The notes under the pieces were generated by a model that did not search any database, had not been told where the DNA came from, and saw nothing but the letters and a program-made list of their open reading frames with translations. A stretch of DNA of 64,000 nucleotides, from the NCBI GenBank assembly GCA_976551045.1, contig CDPCPM010000016.1, forward strand, positions 20,336,001 through 20,400,000. The letters are read 5' to 3'. This DNA is from Glaucostegus cemiculus (taxonomy: Eukaryota). The position numbers and the translations under genes are program-made. Below, one piece after another: positions 10,881 to 24,222 of the stretch (position 1 is the first letter of the stretch; each line of letters begins with the position of its first letter).

Positions 10881-13589
10881 GGTGAATTTAATGACTTGGC
10901 ATCCACCGTCATCTGTGGTAGAGAATTCCATAGGTTCACCATGCTCTGGGTGAAGAGATTTCTCCTGATCTCAGTTCTAAATGGAACACCCTGTATTCTG
11001 AGTCCGTACCTGCCTGTATATTCATTCTGAAATGCACACTACCCAAGAGGGAGCGCAGGTTCCTGGAGTACAGTCATCCTTATGATGCCAAAGAAATAGG
11101 TGACTTAAAGGGTAGATATTTGCCTTGCAAGATTACACATTTATTCTATGAAAGAACCAGACTTGACTGTTTGATTGACTTTCTCTTATTCCCTGTTTCT
11201 TGTGTTCTTTTTTTGCAAATTGGCTTTCTACTGGTCCTCAGCTGTCAGGGAATTTCTGTCTCTCTCTCTGATGTTGAAATAGATTGTCACAATAGAGAAT
11301 ACAGAATTATCTGATGGGGTTTAGTCACCAAGTAACCAACAGGGCCCAAGATTGCCAGAAATCAAAAGAGTCCGATCCTGTTTTGTGGGATTGTCAACCA
11401 CTGGTCTTAGAACCTCAGGATCCAGTTCTCTTAAAATCAGTACAGTATAAATGCAGTTACTTGCTCCTCCCATTTGCTGATCAGTGGCTAAGTAGATCAG
11501 GGCGTACCTAGACTCAGCTCCATTGATACTCCCTTAATCTATTTGGCAGTTCCTGTGATCTTTATAGTCAGCTTCTCAGATGCTTTCCAATGTGAGCAAA
11601 AGGTTAAAGATACTGGCTTCCCAGGAAAATGGGATGGCACCAACTCCTTGGGGTTTGGAACTTCTGAGATCCAGGACACCTCTGGAGTTCAGAAGCAGAT
11701 CGTTTCAATGCTCAGCCAAACACCACTGGCCCTTGCATAGCACATAGATGAAATTGCCATATAGGACTGAAGAGTGATTAGAGGAATGGAAACACAATGA
11801 GAAAGTCAATATTTATTGCAAATTTTAATGCACAAAGTAAAAACATTTTGGGTTACAAGCTCCAGTGTTCGGAAACATATTCTGTGGTTTTGTGGTGACA
11901 GGGTGTTTGGAGGCTTGGTTTTAGCCTCCAAAGACCCTTCAATAACTCTTTAAGCAGAGCTCTTCTAATACCTCCACAATGGTGAGCTTAGTCTGCAAAT
12001 CCTTGAGGAATGATTTATCTTTTTGGTACCCTGTGCACCTCAGTAATTTCACTGTCATCCTGTTGTATCTCCAGACATGCACATGTGGGTAAGGCCACAA
12101 AGGATTCCAAGCATAAGCTCCATAAAGGCTTGCTGGAATAAGTAGATTTTCACAACTCCATTTCTTTGTCAGCCGTGGTCCACGGGAAATGTCATCCATT
12201 GGCTGAGATAGCAAATAAAGATTGTAACTCCAGGCTCAACACAGTTTAGCAAGCTTTACAGTTTATCCATGTTGCTACTTACAGGTCAGTGGTAAAGACT
12301 TTTGTGAAAAAAACACAAGTTTTTGTCTTCTGTATCCTGCCATTTGCATAGCTCACCTCCTTGGGAAAGGAACTCTGGGATTCCCAGGTCTGGCTTCAAA
12401 TCCTGCACACCCTATCTCCAATCTTTTGGAAAAAGGTCATATTTTCCCCAAATCAATGTGGAGAATTTCTAGGATCCCCCTCCCTGGTCAGTAATGATAA
12501 ATGAACAATATGGAATACAAAGAGAGAGATAAGCAGTAACCTATATAAAACAAAAACACACTGCAGTGTTTATTCTAATAATCTATGGAAAGCACTGACT
12601 CTCAATAAATAAAGCAAGACAAATTCTACTGATATTAGGCTGTTGCTCTATTTCCCCACTTCGTCAGGAGTTTAGTGAATAATGATTGAATTACCAACAT
12701 GGATAGCTCTTTGAAAATGAACTCGAAGTTCTGACTGAATGCTTAAAGAACCTGTATTGAATTTGGAGCATTTTAAAATGTAATAAAATAGATAATTTAT
12801 GGTTCCACGATTAGGTCTAAGCAAGTTTGCATACAGACACCTTGTTCCTTTTTTCTTTGAATTAAATGATTTAAGAGATTGGTGATATTTTACACAACAT
12901 TGTTTTGTCCAAATTGACCCTTGATGAAGTTTAAATGGCTCCACATAAATGGAGTGTTTAAATAAAATACATAGTTACTTAGTCATAAAGAATTCAAAGA
13001 TTGCAAGTGCTTTGATTATCCATTGTCATTCAGCCCAAACATGCTCTCTTCACCATGACAGTGTTTGCATGAAAATCTAAGACAAGGGTATCTAATCATT
13101 GTTGGGATGTGGCAACAGCTTTGGAACTTATCACTGCTCAGCATCAGCTCCCTTTTGACAGACCAGGCACTACACTCTAGGGATCATTGACACTTTGACC
13201 ACTCTTGCAGACGCTTCACGTGGGAAACCTCTCAGATCCCTGAATGCTGCAGTGCTGCCCTGGAAAATAACTGTCATCAAGACTTCTGCATCACTCAAAA
13301 GAACATAATTGCATTTAGGATGTCTGCCAAGTCTTCTGTCTCACAGGAAGGTGAAACATTCCCCTCAATCTTTATGTGAAGGTGAAGCATTTCAATATCT
13401 AAAGGGTTTACTGTAGTTTCAGAATTTGGCATTTTCTCCTTTCAGCCTTCCTCTGCTGTACAGCTCCATACACTAGTAACATTTTAGCCCCTACTCTATG
13501 TATAGGGCTAGACAGTGATTCAATCATGGTGAGTTCAGAACTAACCTTGATCCTGATGTAGGCACAAATGTATGCACTATTGCTATCTC

Positions 13590-13897
13590 TCTTACACATG
13601 CATGCACACATACCTATGCACACACATGCACTTCTGCACACATTCATGCGCAAATACACACTTCTGCATATGCATGCATGCAAACACACAATATGCACAC
13701 ACTCCTCCAACTAGGCACTCAAATGTCTATAAGTAGACAGTCCTTTACAGTTGCATGCACACACATGCATGTGTGTATACACACACACACATTCTCACCC
13801 CCACACACACTGCCTCTGCATGTCTGCCCCACAAACATCCCCTCCATACACACAAACACACATACAGACAAATCCCTACACACACACACACACACAC
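13590..13897. repeat. Degenerate (CA)n/(CATG)-rich simple repeat
   Basis: Runs of CACA/CATGCA; source of the spurious HT/VC-rich ORFs. Confidence 0.85.
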
Positions 13898-13899
13898 AA

Positions 13900-14092
13900 C
13901 TTTGCACCTTATTACACTGCACTTTCTCTGTAGCTGTGACACTTTACTCTGTACTGTTACTGTTTCTACCTGTACTACATCAATGCACTTTGTACTAACT
14001 CAATGTAACTGCACTGTGTAATGAATTGACCTGTACAATTGGTTTGTAAGATAAGCTTTTCACTGTACCTCGGTACAATAATATACCAATAC
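13900..14092 (+). mobile_element. Rex1/Babar 3'UTR
   Basis: TTGCACCTTATT..TTTCACTGTACCTCGGTAC..ATACCAATAC; homologous to 25534-25775, 42200-42420 and the reverse complement of 60380-60600. Confidence 0.8.
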
Positions 14093-14250
14093 CCACACAC
14101 ACACATGCCCCTCCCCTCCACACATGTGCATCCTCACTCACACACACATTACCCCCCCCCCAAACGTCCCCTCCATACACACACACACATTCCTCACCAC
14201 GCTCATCCCCCACACACATGCACATATTCCCACAACTCATGTCACCCCCC

Positions 14251-14296
<46 letters not shown>
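14093..14296. repeat. (CA)n microsatellite region
   Basis: Pure (CA)n at about 14253-14294 preceded by a degenerate CA/C-rich tract. Confidence 0.9.
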
Positions 14297-14300
<4 letters not shown>

Positions 14301-14339
14301 AAATCACAAACACACTCCACTTACAAAAACCAGTGGCTA

Positions 14340-14500
14340 GCAAAAAAACTTGCAGATGGTGGAAATCTAAAATAAAAACAGAAAATGTTGAAAATACACA
14401 GCAGGTCAGTCCACATCTTTGACCTGAAATGTTGGCTTTGTTTCTCTTCCCACTGATGTGGTCTAACCTGTTGAGTATTTCCAGCATTTTCTGTTTTTTT
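14340..14500. mobile_element. PLE terminal fragments in inverted arrangement
   Basis: Arm ACAGAAAATGTTGAAAATACACAGCAGGTCAG (about 14379-14410) is an imperfect inverted match of CTAACCTGTTGAGTATTTCCAGCATTTTCTGT (about 14463-14494); a GACCTGAAA remnant lies between. Confidence 0.7.
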
Positions 14501-15204
14501 TTAATTTTTGGCCAGCAATCAGTGGAGGAAAATCAGGTTAACTTTTACTTTATAGACAAGGCAATAGAAGGATGTGGTCCTAATGCAGGCAAATAGGATT
14601 AGTGTAGATGAGCAGAGATGTTGTCCTGGACCTGGTGGGCCACAGGCCTGTTTCTGTGCTGTGTGACTCTGACTCTAAATATCAAAATGTTTTTTTTTAT
14701 TTTAAGCCAGCAATCTGTGGAGGAAAATCAGGTTAACTTTTACTTTTTCCAACTTGGATTTTGCAGCCAAATGTAACTCTCTCACTACAAGCCTTTACCT
14801 AACACCAACCAATTCATTACAAACTAGCCTCTTTCATGGCCTACACAGAGTAGAGTTATAACATTCAGAAGACACTTTCAGTGAGATGGTAGAATATGCA
14901 GGAAAAAAATATTTCCCTTTGTTTCCCTTTTCTGTGAAGTCTCTAAAACAAATAATCAGCAGTGTGACACTGGACTTTCACATCTACAATCTGGGTTCAA
15001 ATGATGAGCTGAAAGATTTCTCTTTTTAATGAGAAAGAAGTTTGGTGAGTACCAATCCAACGTCTGTTCAGTTTGGAGATGAACATAAAAGTTGTATTAG
15101 ACGGCAGTTTTTTCATGAAAACTTGTAGGAGAAACAGAAAAAATTGGCACATGCATAATGGTGAGATTGGAGCTGAGGCCTACAGCCAGGAGAGTAGAAA
15201 TGAG

Positions 15205-15563
15205 CAGATAGAAGTATATAAGATTATGAGAGGCATAGATAAGGTAGACAGTCAAAATCTTTTTCCCATGATAACAGTATCAAAAACAAGATAGCATAGG
15301 TTTGAGGTGAGAGGAAGAAGTTTTGAAGAGATCTGAGAGTTCTATAACACACAGAGTGGTTGATATCTGGAACCCACTGCCAGAAGAGGTGGTGGAATGA
15401 GATACAATTATTATGTTTAAGAGGCTTTAGATATGCACAAATAGACAAGGCAATAGAAGGATTTGGTCCTAATGCAGGCAAATAGGATGTGTAGATGAAC
15501 AGAAAGGTTGGCCTGGACCTGGTAGGCTGAAGGCTTGTTTCTGTGCTGTGTGACTCTGACTCT
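15205..15563 (+). mobile_element. CR1 3' end
   Basis: IEVYKIMRGIDKVDSQNLFP peptide and a (GACTCT)2 tail. Confidence 0.85.
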
Positions 15564-16639
15564 CAATATTGAAATGTGCTTTGCTCTGCGTTTAGCTGTG
15601 TTGCCTTTGATTTGTGAGTGCCTGATACTGCCAGTGGGAGATCTTCTGTTCCTCAACATTAACATTTCCACCTTGACGATAAATTGGACAGAAAGTTAGG
15701 ATTGCTTTACTTGACTAGAGCTCACTACACTGAAAAGATCAAAATACATTGTCAACACATACATCTCCATATAATAGCTACATAGTTATTTGCAATAATA
15801 TTCACTAATTGTACAAATAAACAAAGATCTTCAAGAATGAAAGAATTCCAACAACTTACTTTGAAATGTTGACAGTAACACTCTTAGAATAGTTGTAGAG
15901 ATGAAAATATTAAGTTTATACAGAGGTTTCTAGACAAAAATGAACAAGATCCATCTTGCCTGTCTTCTATCATCCTGATGGTCAGAAAATAATGGAGCCA
16001 TTGACCACATATCATCATCATCAGCTGCAGCAGCGTGTAGACTAAACTAAACATTGCAATGACTTTACTCTTTGATTCAGTGGATGGGACTTGGTCAGTT
16101 CTGAGCATACACAGGTACTTAATATCCGGTACCCAAAATGGAACAAGATTTGTCATTGACAATCATTCCAAATCTTGGCAATGCTATGAAGCGAACAGTT
16201 ATACCATCCATAAATGCCTGGCAGTCTGTCCATTCAAAACACATGTTGGGAAATGTCATGAACAAAAGAAAATTAAGGAGCATTTCAAGGAAGTGCTTAA
16301 AATGATTTGTTTACTTTGTATCTTTATTTTTCAGAATTTTAAAATTAACATTTATAATCAGGACCATTAGTTTACAATGGCCAAATAAGTCAAATTCCAT
16401 TTATATTACAAAGAATTCTGGAATTTTTAAAGTGTTGTTTGGGGTTTCTCAATTCCTTTTTTCTCTGAATACCACAGAATAACCTGCTTCCTTATAATAA
16501 ACAAAGTTTCAATTTATTTGAGGGGAAATTGGAAGCTCTGAATATCAGGAGGCACAGGTTTGAAATCAAATCACGATGCAGCAGCTAAGCCATACTATGC
16601 TGGTTGGAAAAATAGCTCTGAGAAAGAAGCAAAGAAGCT

Positions 16640-17310
16640 GTGAAGGAATTCAAACAGTCTAGTGAGCAAGAAGATGGCAAATAAAGTATAATGTAATGAG
16701 GTGCAAAATTGTCCACTATGAAGACAAAGTATATTTTAAAACATGAGACTAGTAGCTTACTATTCAGAGGGATTTATGAGCTACATGAATTGGAAAATTA
16801 ACACTTAGCAAATGCTATGCTAACGTTTATTACAGGGATATTGTAAGATCATGGAAGGGAGCCTTTCTATTATTATAGAAGGGACAGCTCTGCTCTGATC
16901 AGTGGAGCTGAAGATGAATACCTTTGCCTTAGATAAAGTGCAACAAAAAGTCATTGAATTAATTCAGGGCTTGGATGTGAAGAGAGACTGACTAGAATGG
17001 TCTACATTCACTGCAGTTTGGAAAGGTGAGAGGTAAATGCAGGAAACTCTTAGATGACTTTTCTGGACACTGAAACACTATTTTCCAAGTCTGAGATTTT
17101 AATGTGGGAGGGAATAGATGGATTTTAAGGGGTCTGCCATTTAGAACAGGGACGAATTGAAATTTCTTGATCTAGAGGGTAGATGATTGTTGGGATTCCC
17201 TGTCCCAGAGGTCTGTGAATGTGCAGTTGATGAGTAAATCCAAGGTTAAGCTCAATAGATTTTTGAAGACTAAATGGATCTACAGATATTGTGATTGGTT
17301 GGGGTAGAAC
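16640..17310 (+). mobile_element. Highly decayed CR1 ORF2 3' half
   Basis: Residual similarity to CR1 segments (AGTGCAACAAAAA..AATTAATTCAGGG; TGTTGGGATTCCCTGTCCCAGAGG..GTGAATG; ATAGATTTTTG). Confidence 0.45.
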
Positions 17311-17879
17311 TTACCCAGAACTTCCACCATTATCTTTGTGAATGGCAGAACAAGCTTCTGCTCTGATTTCTGTCCCTGTTGTTAACCTTCTCTGTGTTAA
17401 CTGAGAACATACATTTTCCCTACTGAGTGTGCAGAATTGTAGAAGCATATGTTGATCACCAAAAAAATAATATTTCAGAGCTGGAAAAGTAAATTGTAAC
17501 TGGGAGGTATGTGAGAATTTAATAACCTCTAGTTTTATGTGCACACTGGGAATTGAAATTTGGATTGATGTACTTTTGTGTCTGCTCAGGAGATAAGGAA
17601 TAACAACAACTCCTTGCACATCTGTGGTTCAAATTCTGCTAAGCATTTGGTATGAAGAGTACCAGCTCTGCGTTCAAACAAAGGATAACAAGACCAATTT
17701 GTTCATGCAGTGATTATCACTTATTAGGATGATAGGTTCTCTTCACTTATCTCCCTGAATTTATTGTTTGGAGTGTAGCAGAGTCCCATTAGTCTGATAT
17801 CAATGCAATTTATAATACCCAACACACACCAGGAGCAAGAGGTTTCAATAGCTCCTGTAAAGCTGAGGGAATTCAGGCC

Positions 17880-18270
17880 TATAGTACTGGAATATCCCAC
17901 CGGCTTCCAGGTACTGGAAAAGATATGGCCACAGAAAACATTAATTTCCTTCCAGCATTGACACACAGTAGCACCAGTGTGCACCATCTATAAAATGCAT
18001 TGCAGTTACCTCCAAGTCAACTCTGACAGCATTTCACAAACACATAGACCTTCCCACCAAGAAGGAAAATGACACCATACGCACTGGAACACCACTTCTT
18101 ACAAGTTCCCCTCCAAGTTGCACACCATACTGACTTAGAAATATAACACTATTCCTTCATTGTTAGATGATCGAAATCTTGGAGCTCCTTCCTCTACCAC
18201 AAGGACAATAGTGGTTCAACAATGTGATTCACCACCATCTTCTAAGAATGAGCAATAAGTGCCAGTTTTG
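17880..18270 (+). mobile_element. L2/CR1-group LINE 3' end (family of 1165-1865)
   Basis: CAGTAGCACCAGTGTGCACCATCTATAAAATGCATTGCAG..GGAACACCAC..CAAGTTCCCCTCCAAG matches the reverse complement of 1320-1460. Confidence 0.6.
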
Positions 18271-19929
18271 TGACTGAAAACAAAGTATAAGTAATAAAAA
18301 AGTAGCAGGGTAGATATGAGCCTATGATCATTTTCAGTGGTATCAGCTCCACTTGTGTTCAGTCATTATATATCCCCACATACTGATGAATAACTCTTAA
18401 ACAACAGGTGTTAGGTAACTCTTTCAGAATTCCTTGGTTTCCTCTTCCATTTTTCTTTAATAATGGAGTAGTGTCTGTAATGTTAGCATCTGAGGGAATG
18501 ACTCTCAAATGAAGAGAACTTTGGAAGATTACTCTTGGTGCATCTGCAATATCTGTAAGTGCTTACTTTAAACCCATGGTGAAACCATCTGGTCCTGGGG
18601 ATTTGTTACTCTTTAGTGCTATTATTTTCTTCCTGGCTGTTATTTTCCCTATGTAAGTTATGTTGTCCTTGTCCTTGTTCTCTGATGTTCTGCATTTTAT
18701 CCTCTTCCTCTACTAGAAACACTGATATAGCTTGTTCAATCTGTGCGACATTTCCTTAGGTCTATGAACAGATGGAATGTTGATTCCTTATCCCAAAACA
18801 CAACATGTGAGAAGACTTTTGCCTTGTAGTGAATGCTTCCATTCTGCTCAGCTCATTATTGGCTTTTATCAGCTCTCAGTCCTACTTGTACAAGATTTTC
18901 TGTTTTTTGCCACTAAATATTTCCCACATCCTGCTTTTGAAATCATTCATGCCCAGCCATGAAGCAACTAGTAATTTTAAAGCAACAGTAATCAATGCTC
19001 TGCCAATGAGCTTTAGGAACAGAGCTAAGCAGATCTTAGCTGCCAGGTAACCATAGCAGCCTGCTGTCCAGACATTAGGGTTCCCACAAAGAGGATGAAA
19101 CTGTTATTTGTTTCAAATGCCAGCAAAGAGCAGATGGATTCTGCAATATACCAGCTAAACCACTTGATGTATCACTCTTTTGTAATGATTTTTTTTTACC
19201 TCAGAACTGCCAGGGATACAAACGTTCCAACAGTAGTCTCAATTCTGTATTTGTGTGACCGAGTAAACTTGGGGATAGCAATCTAGATACCCACTTAACA
19301 ACTCTTCTGATTATTACTTGTGTAGAGTACATAAGAGGTATCAAATGGGCTGCTGAGTGGCTGGTGTCTGATGAACATTTTCACACAAAATCAATTTACC
19401 CTGTACTTTTTACTTGGTGCTGCTAAAGTAATTCATACTTATCATCATATGCATTAAGCACGTATTACAAGAAGTTGAAATTCTCCTACCAGTTCTCCAG
19501 AGAATATAAAAAATATCCACAAACCTGTCACCTTCCATAATATAATTGAAATTCTGGAAGCTCAGCTTGCCTCTCAACCAGGCTCCACCACTAATTTTGT
19601 TCCATTGCTCAAGGCATTGAAAATGTCTTTCTGAAATTTTTAGCTGTTGCCTAATGATCTAAATACAAACCAATTTTAAGTTAAATATTTCTGAATACAC
19701 ACCAAGTTCTTAAACTGTTAGTTTAAGAGAGTTTTAATGATTAATAGTCTCATAGTTGGCAGCTTTTGGATGGATGATGTTACATTCATCATGCAGTGTT
19801 GGGGTAAGGTTAGGGTGAAAGGTACAGCTTGGAGGACTTTATAAGCAGTTCTATAAAAGTCTTCACTGCCTGTAATTTGTTAAGGAGAGTTCCTCCAGGG
19901 ACTGATGTAGTGATGAGTCCACATCAAGA

Positions 19930-20285
19930 ATGAGCATAACCCTCCCCACCATTAAGGACATCTTCAAGAGGCAGTGCCTCAAGAAGGTAGTATCCATCAC
20001 TAAGGACCCTCACCATCCAGGACATGCCCATGTTACTACAATTGGGGAGGAGGTACAGGAGCCTGAAGACCCACACTCAACAAAGCAGAAACAGTTTCTT
20101 CCCCTCTGCCATCAGATTTCAAAATGGTCCATGAACCTATGAACACTACTTTGTTATTCCTTTTTTTTGCACTACTTATTTATTTTTGTAAATTATAGTA
20201 ATTTGACATCTTTGCACCCTACTGCTGCCACAAAGCAACAAATTTCACCTCATCTAAGTCAGTGATAATACATCTAATTCTGATT
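19930..20285 (+). mobile_element. Rex1/Babar 3' end
   Basis: LPTIKDIFKRQCLKKVVSITKDPHHPGH peptide, then 3'UTR and tail. Confidence 0.8.
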
Positions 20286-20344
20286 TCTGTTTCTGGCATC
20301 ACAGCAACTCCCCCTGTGGGTTAAATGAATGACTCATGACCCCC

Positions 20345-21895
20345 CAGTCATTCTTCAGCACACATGCCCTAACCCTGGAAGCTGTGGATGTGGCCAAGGA
20401 GAGCTTCTACTCTGACTTTGAGAAATACTTGGCCTGCATCCTACAGGGGGGATCAAACTGATCCTTCTGGGTAACTGCAATGTCAGGGTTGGAAAAGCCT
20501 CTGGCAAAGCATGATTGGCAAGGGAAAAGCTAAATCCAGTAAGTCCTCCCCTGACAAAATGTTCTGAATGTGGTTTTTGTTACAACCAACATTCTGTTTC
20601 ATGAGACAGACAATCACAAGATCTTATGCCAACACTCCTGTTCCAGGCTGGCATGAAGAGAAATCAAAAGGCCCAGATGTCAATTGAAGAAAAACCAGGC
20701 CTGAGGGGCAAGTGGTATCCCCGGTTAAACTGTAAAACGTGCTGGAGATGAGCTTCAACTACAAATTCATAATCTCATCTCCCACACCTCAGAAGAGAAT
20801 GAAATGTCGGTGAATCTCAGAGCTGCTGTGGTCTTCACCATCTTCAAGAAAGGAGACCAGTCTAACTGCGGTGATTGTAGAGGGGTTTCCTTGCTCTCTG
20901 TCATGGGGAAAGTTGTTGCCAGGGCTTTCCTCAGCTGCTTCATCCCAATGGCTGAAGAGTGACTCCTGCAATCACAATGTGGATTCTGTCCATCAAGAAG
21001 TTTGGTGGACATGACCTTCACTGTGGGACAAGAGAAAACTAGGAAGAAATTTCAACCACTATAAATGACCTTCAGGCCTCACAAAAGCTTTTGATTCCAT
21101 CAATTGGGGGCGATTGTGGAGTATCCTTCTCAAGTCTGTTTGCCCATAGAAATTCATCTCCACTTTATGTCTGCTACATGATGGATCCTAACCAATGCAG
21201 ATCCAATCTTAATGCAGATCTGTATCAAACAAGGCTGAATCATTGCCTCAACATTTTTTGCAATCTTTATTGCTTCAGTACTGTACCTCTCCTACAGCAA
21301 ACTTCCTACCCATGTGGAATTAATCTGCAGGAAAATAGGATGTCATTACCTTTTAGGTCACTCCAAGTGCAATAACGGAACTGTGGTATGTAGATGATGC
21401 ATGCATATGCAAATAGACAGAGCTGAGCTCCAAGTCATCTTATACTTTTTCTCTTCAGTAGAGAAGAGAATGGAGCTTAAAATTAACATTGTCAAAACAA
21501 AGTACTCAACCAATCTGCCCTGACCAGTACAACATGGTCCATGATGAGATCCTGGAAAATGAGGACCATTTCCCTTATCTTGAGAGCCACCACTCCAGAG
21601 GTAGACATCAATGAAGGAAGTCGCCATTAACTTCATTGCACCAGTGCAGTCTCGTTTGATGTAATGAGGAAAAGTGAAGATCAAGGCCTCAAACTCAATA
21701 TCAAGTACTGGGCAGCTATGATCCCTGACCTCCTGTATGGTTCTGATTCACAGACTATCTATAACAGGCAACTTAAAATACTGGAGAGGTACCATCAATA
21801 CTGCCTCTGCAAAATAGTTTAAAAGCCCTGGCAGAATAAACAAATCAAAGTTAGTTTCCTCTCCCAAGCCAATATCCCCAGCACTGAGCCTCTGA
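20345..21895 (+). mobile_element. Decayed RTE-clade LINE with internal deletions
   Basis: GNCNVRVG (GDFNARVG-like) at about 20469; TIFKKGDQSNCGDCRGVSLLSVMGKVVAR..QSQCGFCPSRSLVDMTF at about 20837-21020, the start of an RTE RT domain; many stops and frameshifts. Confidence 0.75.
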
Positions 21896-21904
21896 TTGCT
21901 CCCT

Positions 21905-22520
21905 TAGTCTCTCCTCATAATGTATACTTTCCAAACCAGGCAGAATCTTGGTAAATCTCCTCTGCACCCTCTCCAATGCCTCCACATCCTATAATGAGGC
22001 AACCAGAACTGGACACAGTACTCTAAGTTTGGTCTAACCAGAGTTTTGTAGAGCTGCATCATTGCCTCACGGCTTTTAAACTCAATCCCATGATTTATGA
22101 ATCCTAACATCCTATAAGCTTTCTTAATTACCCTATCCACCTGCAAGGCAACTTTCAGTGATCTGTGGATATGAACCCCCAGATCCCTCTGCTACTCCAC
22201 ACTGCCCAGAATCCTGCCATTAACTTTGTACTCTGCCTTGGAGTTTGTTCTTCTAAAGTGTACCACCTCACACTCTCTGGATTGAACTCCATCTGTTAAT
22301 CCCAGTTGCCTGCATTAGGCCTGTATCCCTTTACTCATTTCCTATCCAAGTACCCATTCAAATGCTTTTTAAACGCTGTGATTGAACCTGTCTCTTCCAC
22401 TTTCTCTGGCAGCTCGTTCCATATAACTACCACCTTCTCTGTGCAAAACTTGCCACTCAGATCTCTCTTAAATTTCTCCCCTCTCACCTTAAACCTATGC
22501 CCGCTTGTTCTAGTTATGTA
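21905..22520 (-). mobile_element. Two CR1 ORF2 3' fragments
   Basis: AYRMLGFINHGIEFKSREAMMQLYKTLVRPNLEYCVQFW and TRTSGHRFKVRGEKFKRDL..WNELPEKVEE. Confidence 0.85.
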
Positions 22521-23473
22521 AATTATTTTCAAAAACTGGTTCTCTTTGTCTTCCAATCTTCCTAGTAAGGTGGGATGGGAAATACAACTGAGGATACTGG
22601 ATATGTAGAGAAGATTCCTTCAGTACCTGGAAAAAAAATGATGTATTAGGTTTCAGAGATTGTTCATTATCACCAAGACAAGGCTTGTGCCCTGGACTTG
22701 CTTCGATAACAGGTCCTTTGCATTGCTGGAGCTGATAGTGTCATGACTTGATGGTGTTGAGTAAAGCTGACAAGACCTGTAGTATTTTTCTGCCTGCTTT
22801 ACATTAACAACAGACACACATTCATTTGACTTGGTAAGAATTATCCACTTGTTGGTGATGACGTGCAAACTAAAACAAACCATTCTTTGAATGCGACTGT
22901 AATTACTCATGTAAAGGACTGTGAGTAAATTGTTGGCAAACTACATGAATCAGCTGCATATCCCCAGGCATCCTCTCACATCTGAACACTTCTGCACTTG
23001 AATCATGAGCAAGTGGGAGAAGGGAGTAGTGGGGGTGAAGGAAATGTATGTGAAGATGAGAGAACCAATTCTCCAACTCTCCTTCCAGCGGGAGTAAAGT
23101 TTACTTTAATTTAGCCTTTGAACTATTGTTTATTTTGTATTTAAAAATTGGTCAACTTTTTATTGCAAAATGAGCAATGTTATTTGACTGTCTGGAAATC
23201 TAGCTTTGCTTTCAATACTTCTGTATGAAGGCAGGGCAGGGAGGGGGTGTGGTTGGATGGGGAAGCAGACCATCCTTATATTGTGCAGTGGATTACAAGG
23301 CAATCTTTACATTTATTAAATCCAAAAAGTTAGCACTGCCCTTTCACTGTAAAGTGAAAGAAGCCACATCCATTGGCAAAGACAGCCAGCTTAAACCAGG
23401 TGTGAGCTGGGAACAGAGTGACTGTTGATCTTAGTCCCTTTCTGCACTGGCCAAGCTAACACTCTCCCTTGAT

Positions 23474-23558
23474 GAAGAGTCTTGACCCAAAACAATGACT
23501 GTCCATTTCCCTCCACAGATGCTGCCTGACCTGTTGACTTCCTCTAGCAGATTGTTTT
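23474..23558 (+). mobile_element. 85-bp PLE terminal insertion with 17-bp TSD
   Basis: Exact TSD TAACACTCTCCCTTGAT at 23457-23473 and 23559-23575; the insert begins inside the hammerhead core. Confidence 0.85.
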
Positions 23559-23982
23559 TAACACTCTCCCTTGATCATATTCTATCGAGGAACCAGTAAG
23601 AAATATGGAAAAGCAGTGACAAGTTGGAAACTGCCAAAAAGAAGAAAAAATGGTTTAAATTTCAAAGTGGTCAAAATTAATTAGCTTCCTACCTTGGCCA
23701 CTGGCAGAGTGTCTGAGGCATCCATCTTCTTTCGTGTGCTGACCACCATTCATTTCTCATGGCTAATGAATACCCCGTTTCCTTGCTGATCACCTGCTTT
23801 ACTGCACCCCTCAATCAATCACTTTTTCAAATACACTTTATTAAATTTATCAAACTGATTTTCCTTTAACATCTCGTGTGGGTGTCCTTAATCATCCCAC
23901 ATGATTATACATGATCCCTAATTCAGTCACAGACTTAGGATATAAGACCGATTTAATGAAAGTTAATCCCAAGTAAATGAAA

Positions 23983-24222
23983 ACTAAAAAAACCCTGCAG
24001 ATGCTGGAAATCTGCAATAAAACAGCAAAGGCTGGAAAAACTCAGCAGGTTAGACAGCGTCGGTGGAAAAGGGAAACGGAGTTATGTTTCAGGTCCAAGC
24101 CCCTTCATCAGAACCCTTCATCATCATTGAGTTCTGATAAAGGATCTTGGGCCTGAAACGTGAACTGTTTCTCTTTCCACAAATGCCGTCTGGCCTGTCG
24201 AGTTTTCCAACATTTTCTGTCC
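23983..24222. mobile_element. Inverted pair of PLE termini, each with a degenerate hammerhead motif
   Basis: Minus copy GTT-CTGATGA-AGGGGCTTGGACCT-GAAA-CATAAC (24081-24114) and plus copy GAGTT-CTGATAA-AGGATCTTGGGCCT-GAAA-CGTG-AACTG (24129-24167). Confidence 0.75.

Larger units (their letters stand above)
10445..11010 (-). mobile_element. CR1 3' end fragment interrupted by two PLE insertions
   Basis: GGAGCAG..GTAG 3'UTR motif; GTAGAGAATTCCATAGGTTCACCATGCTCTGGGTGAAGAGA is the reverse complement of an FTQ..VNLWNSLP-type segment. Confidence 0.65.

Noticed and set aside
13408-14487. Several overlapping ORFs rich in HT or VC
   Set aside because: Translations of CA microsatellite and degenerate CA repeats.
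16081-16114. Possible small exon (TTCAG|..CAG|GTACTT) with a DGTWS peptide
   Set aside because: 34 nt, weak donor, and lacks the second W and Cys of a TSP1 motif.
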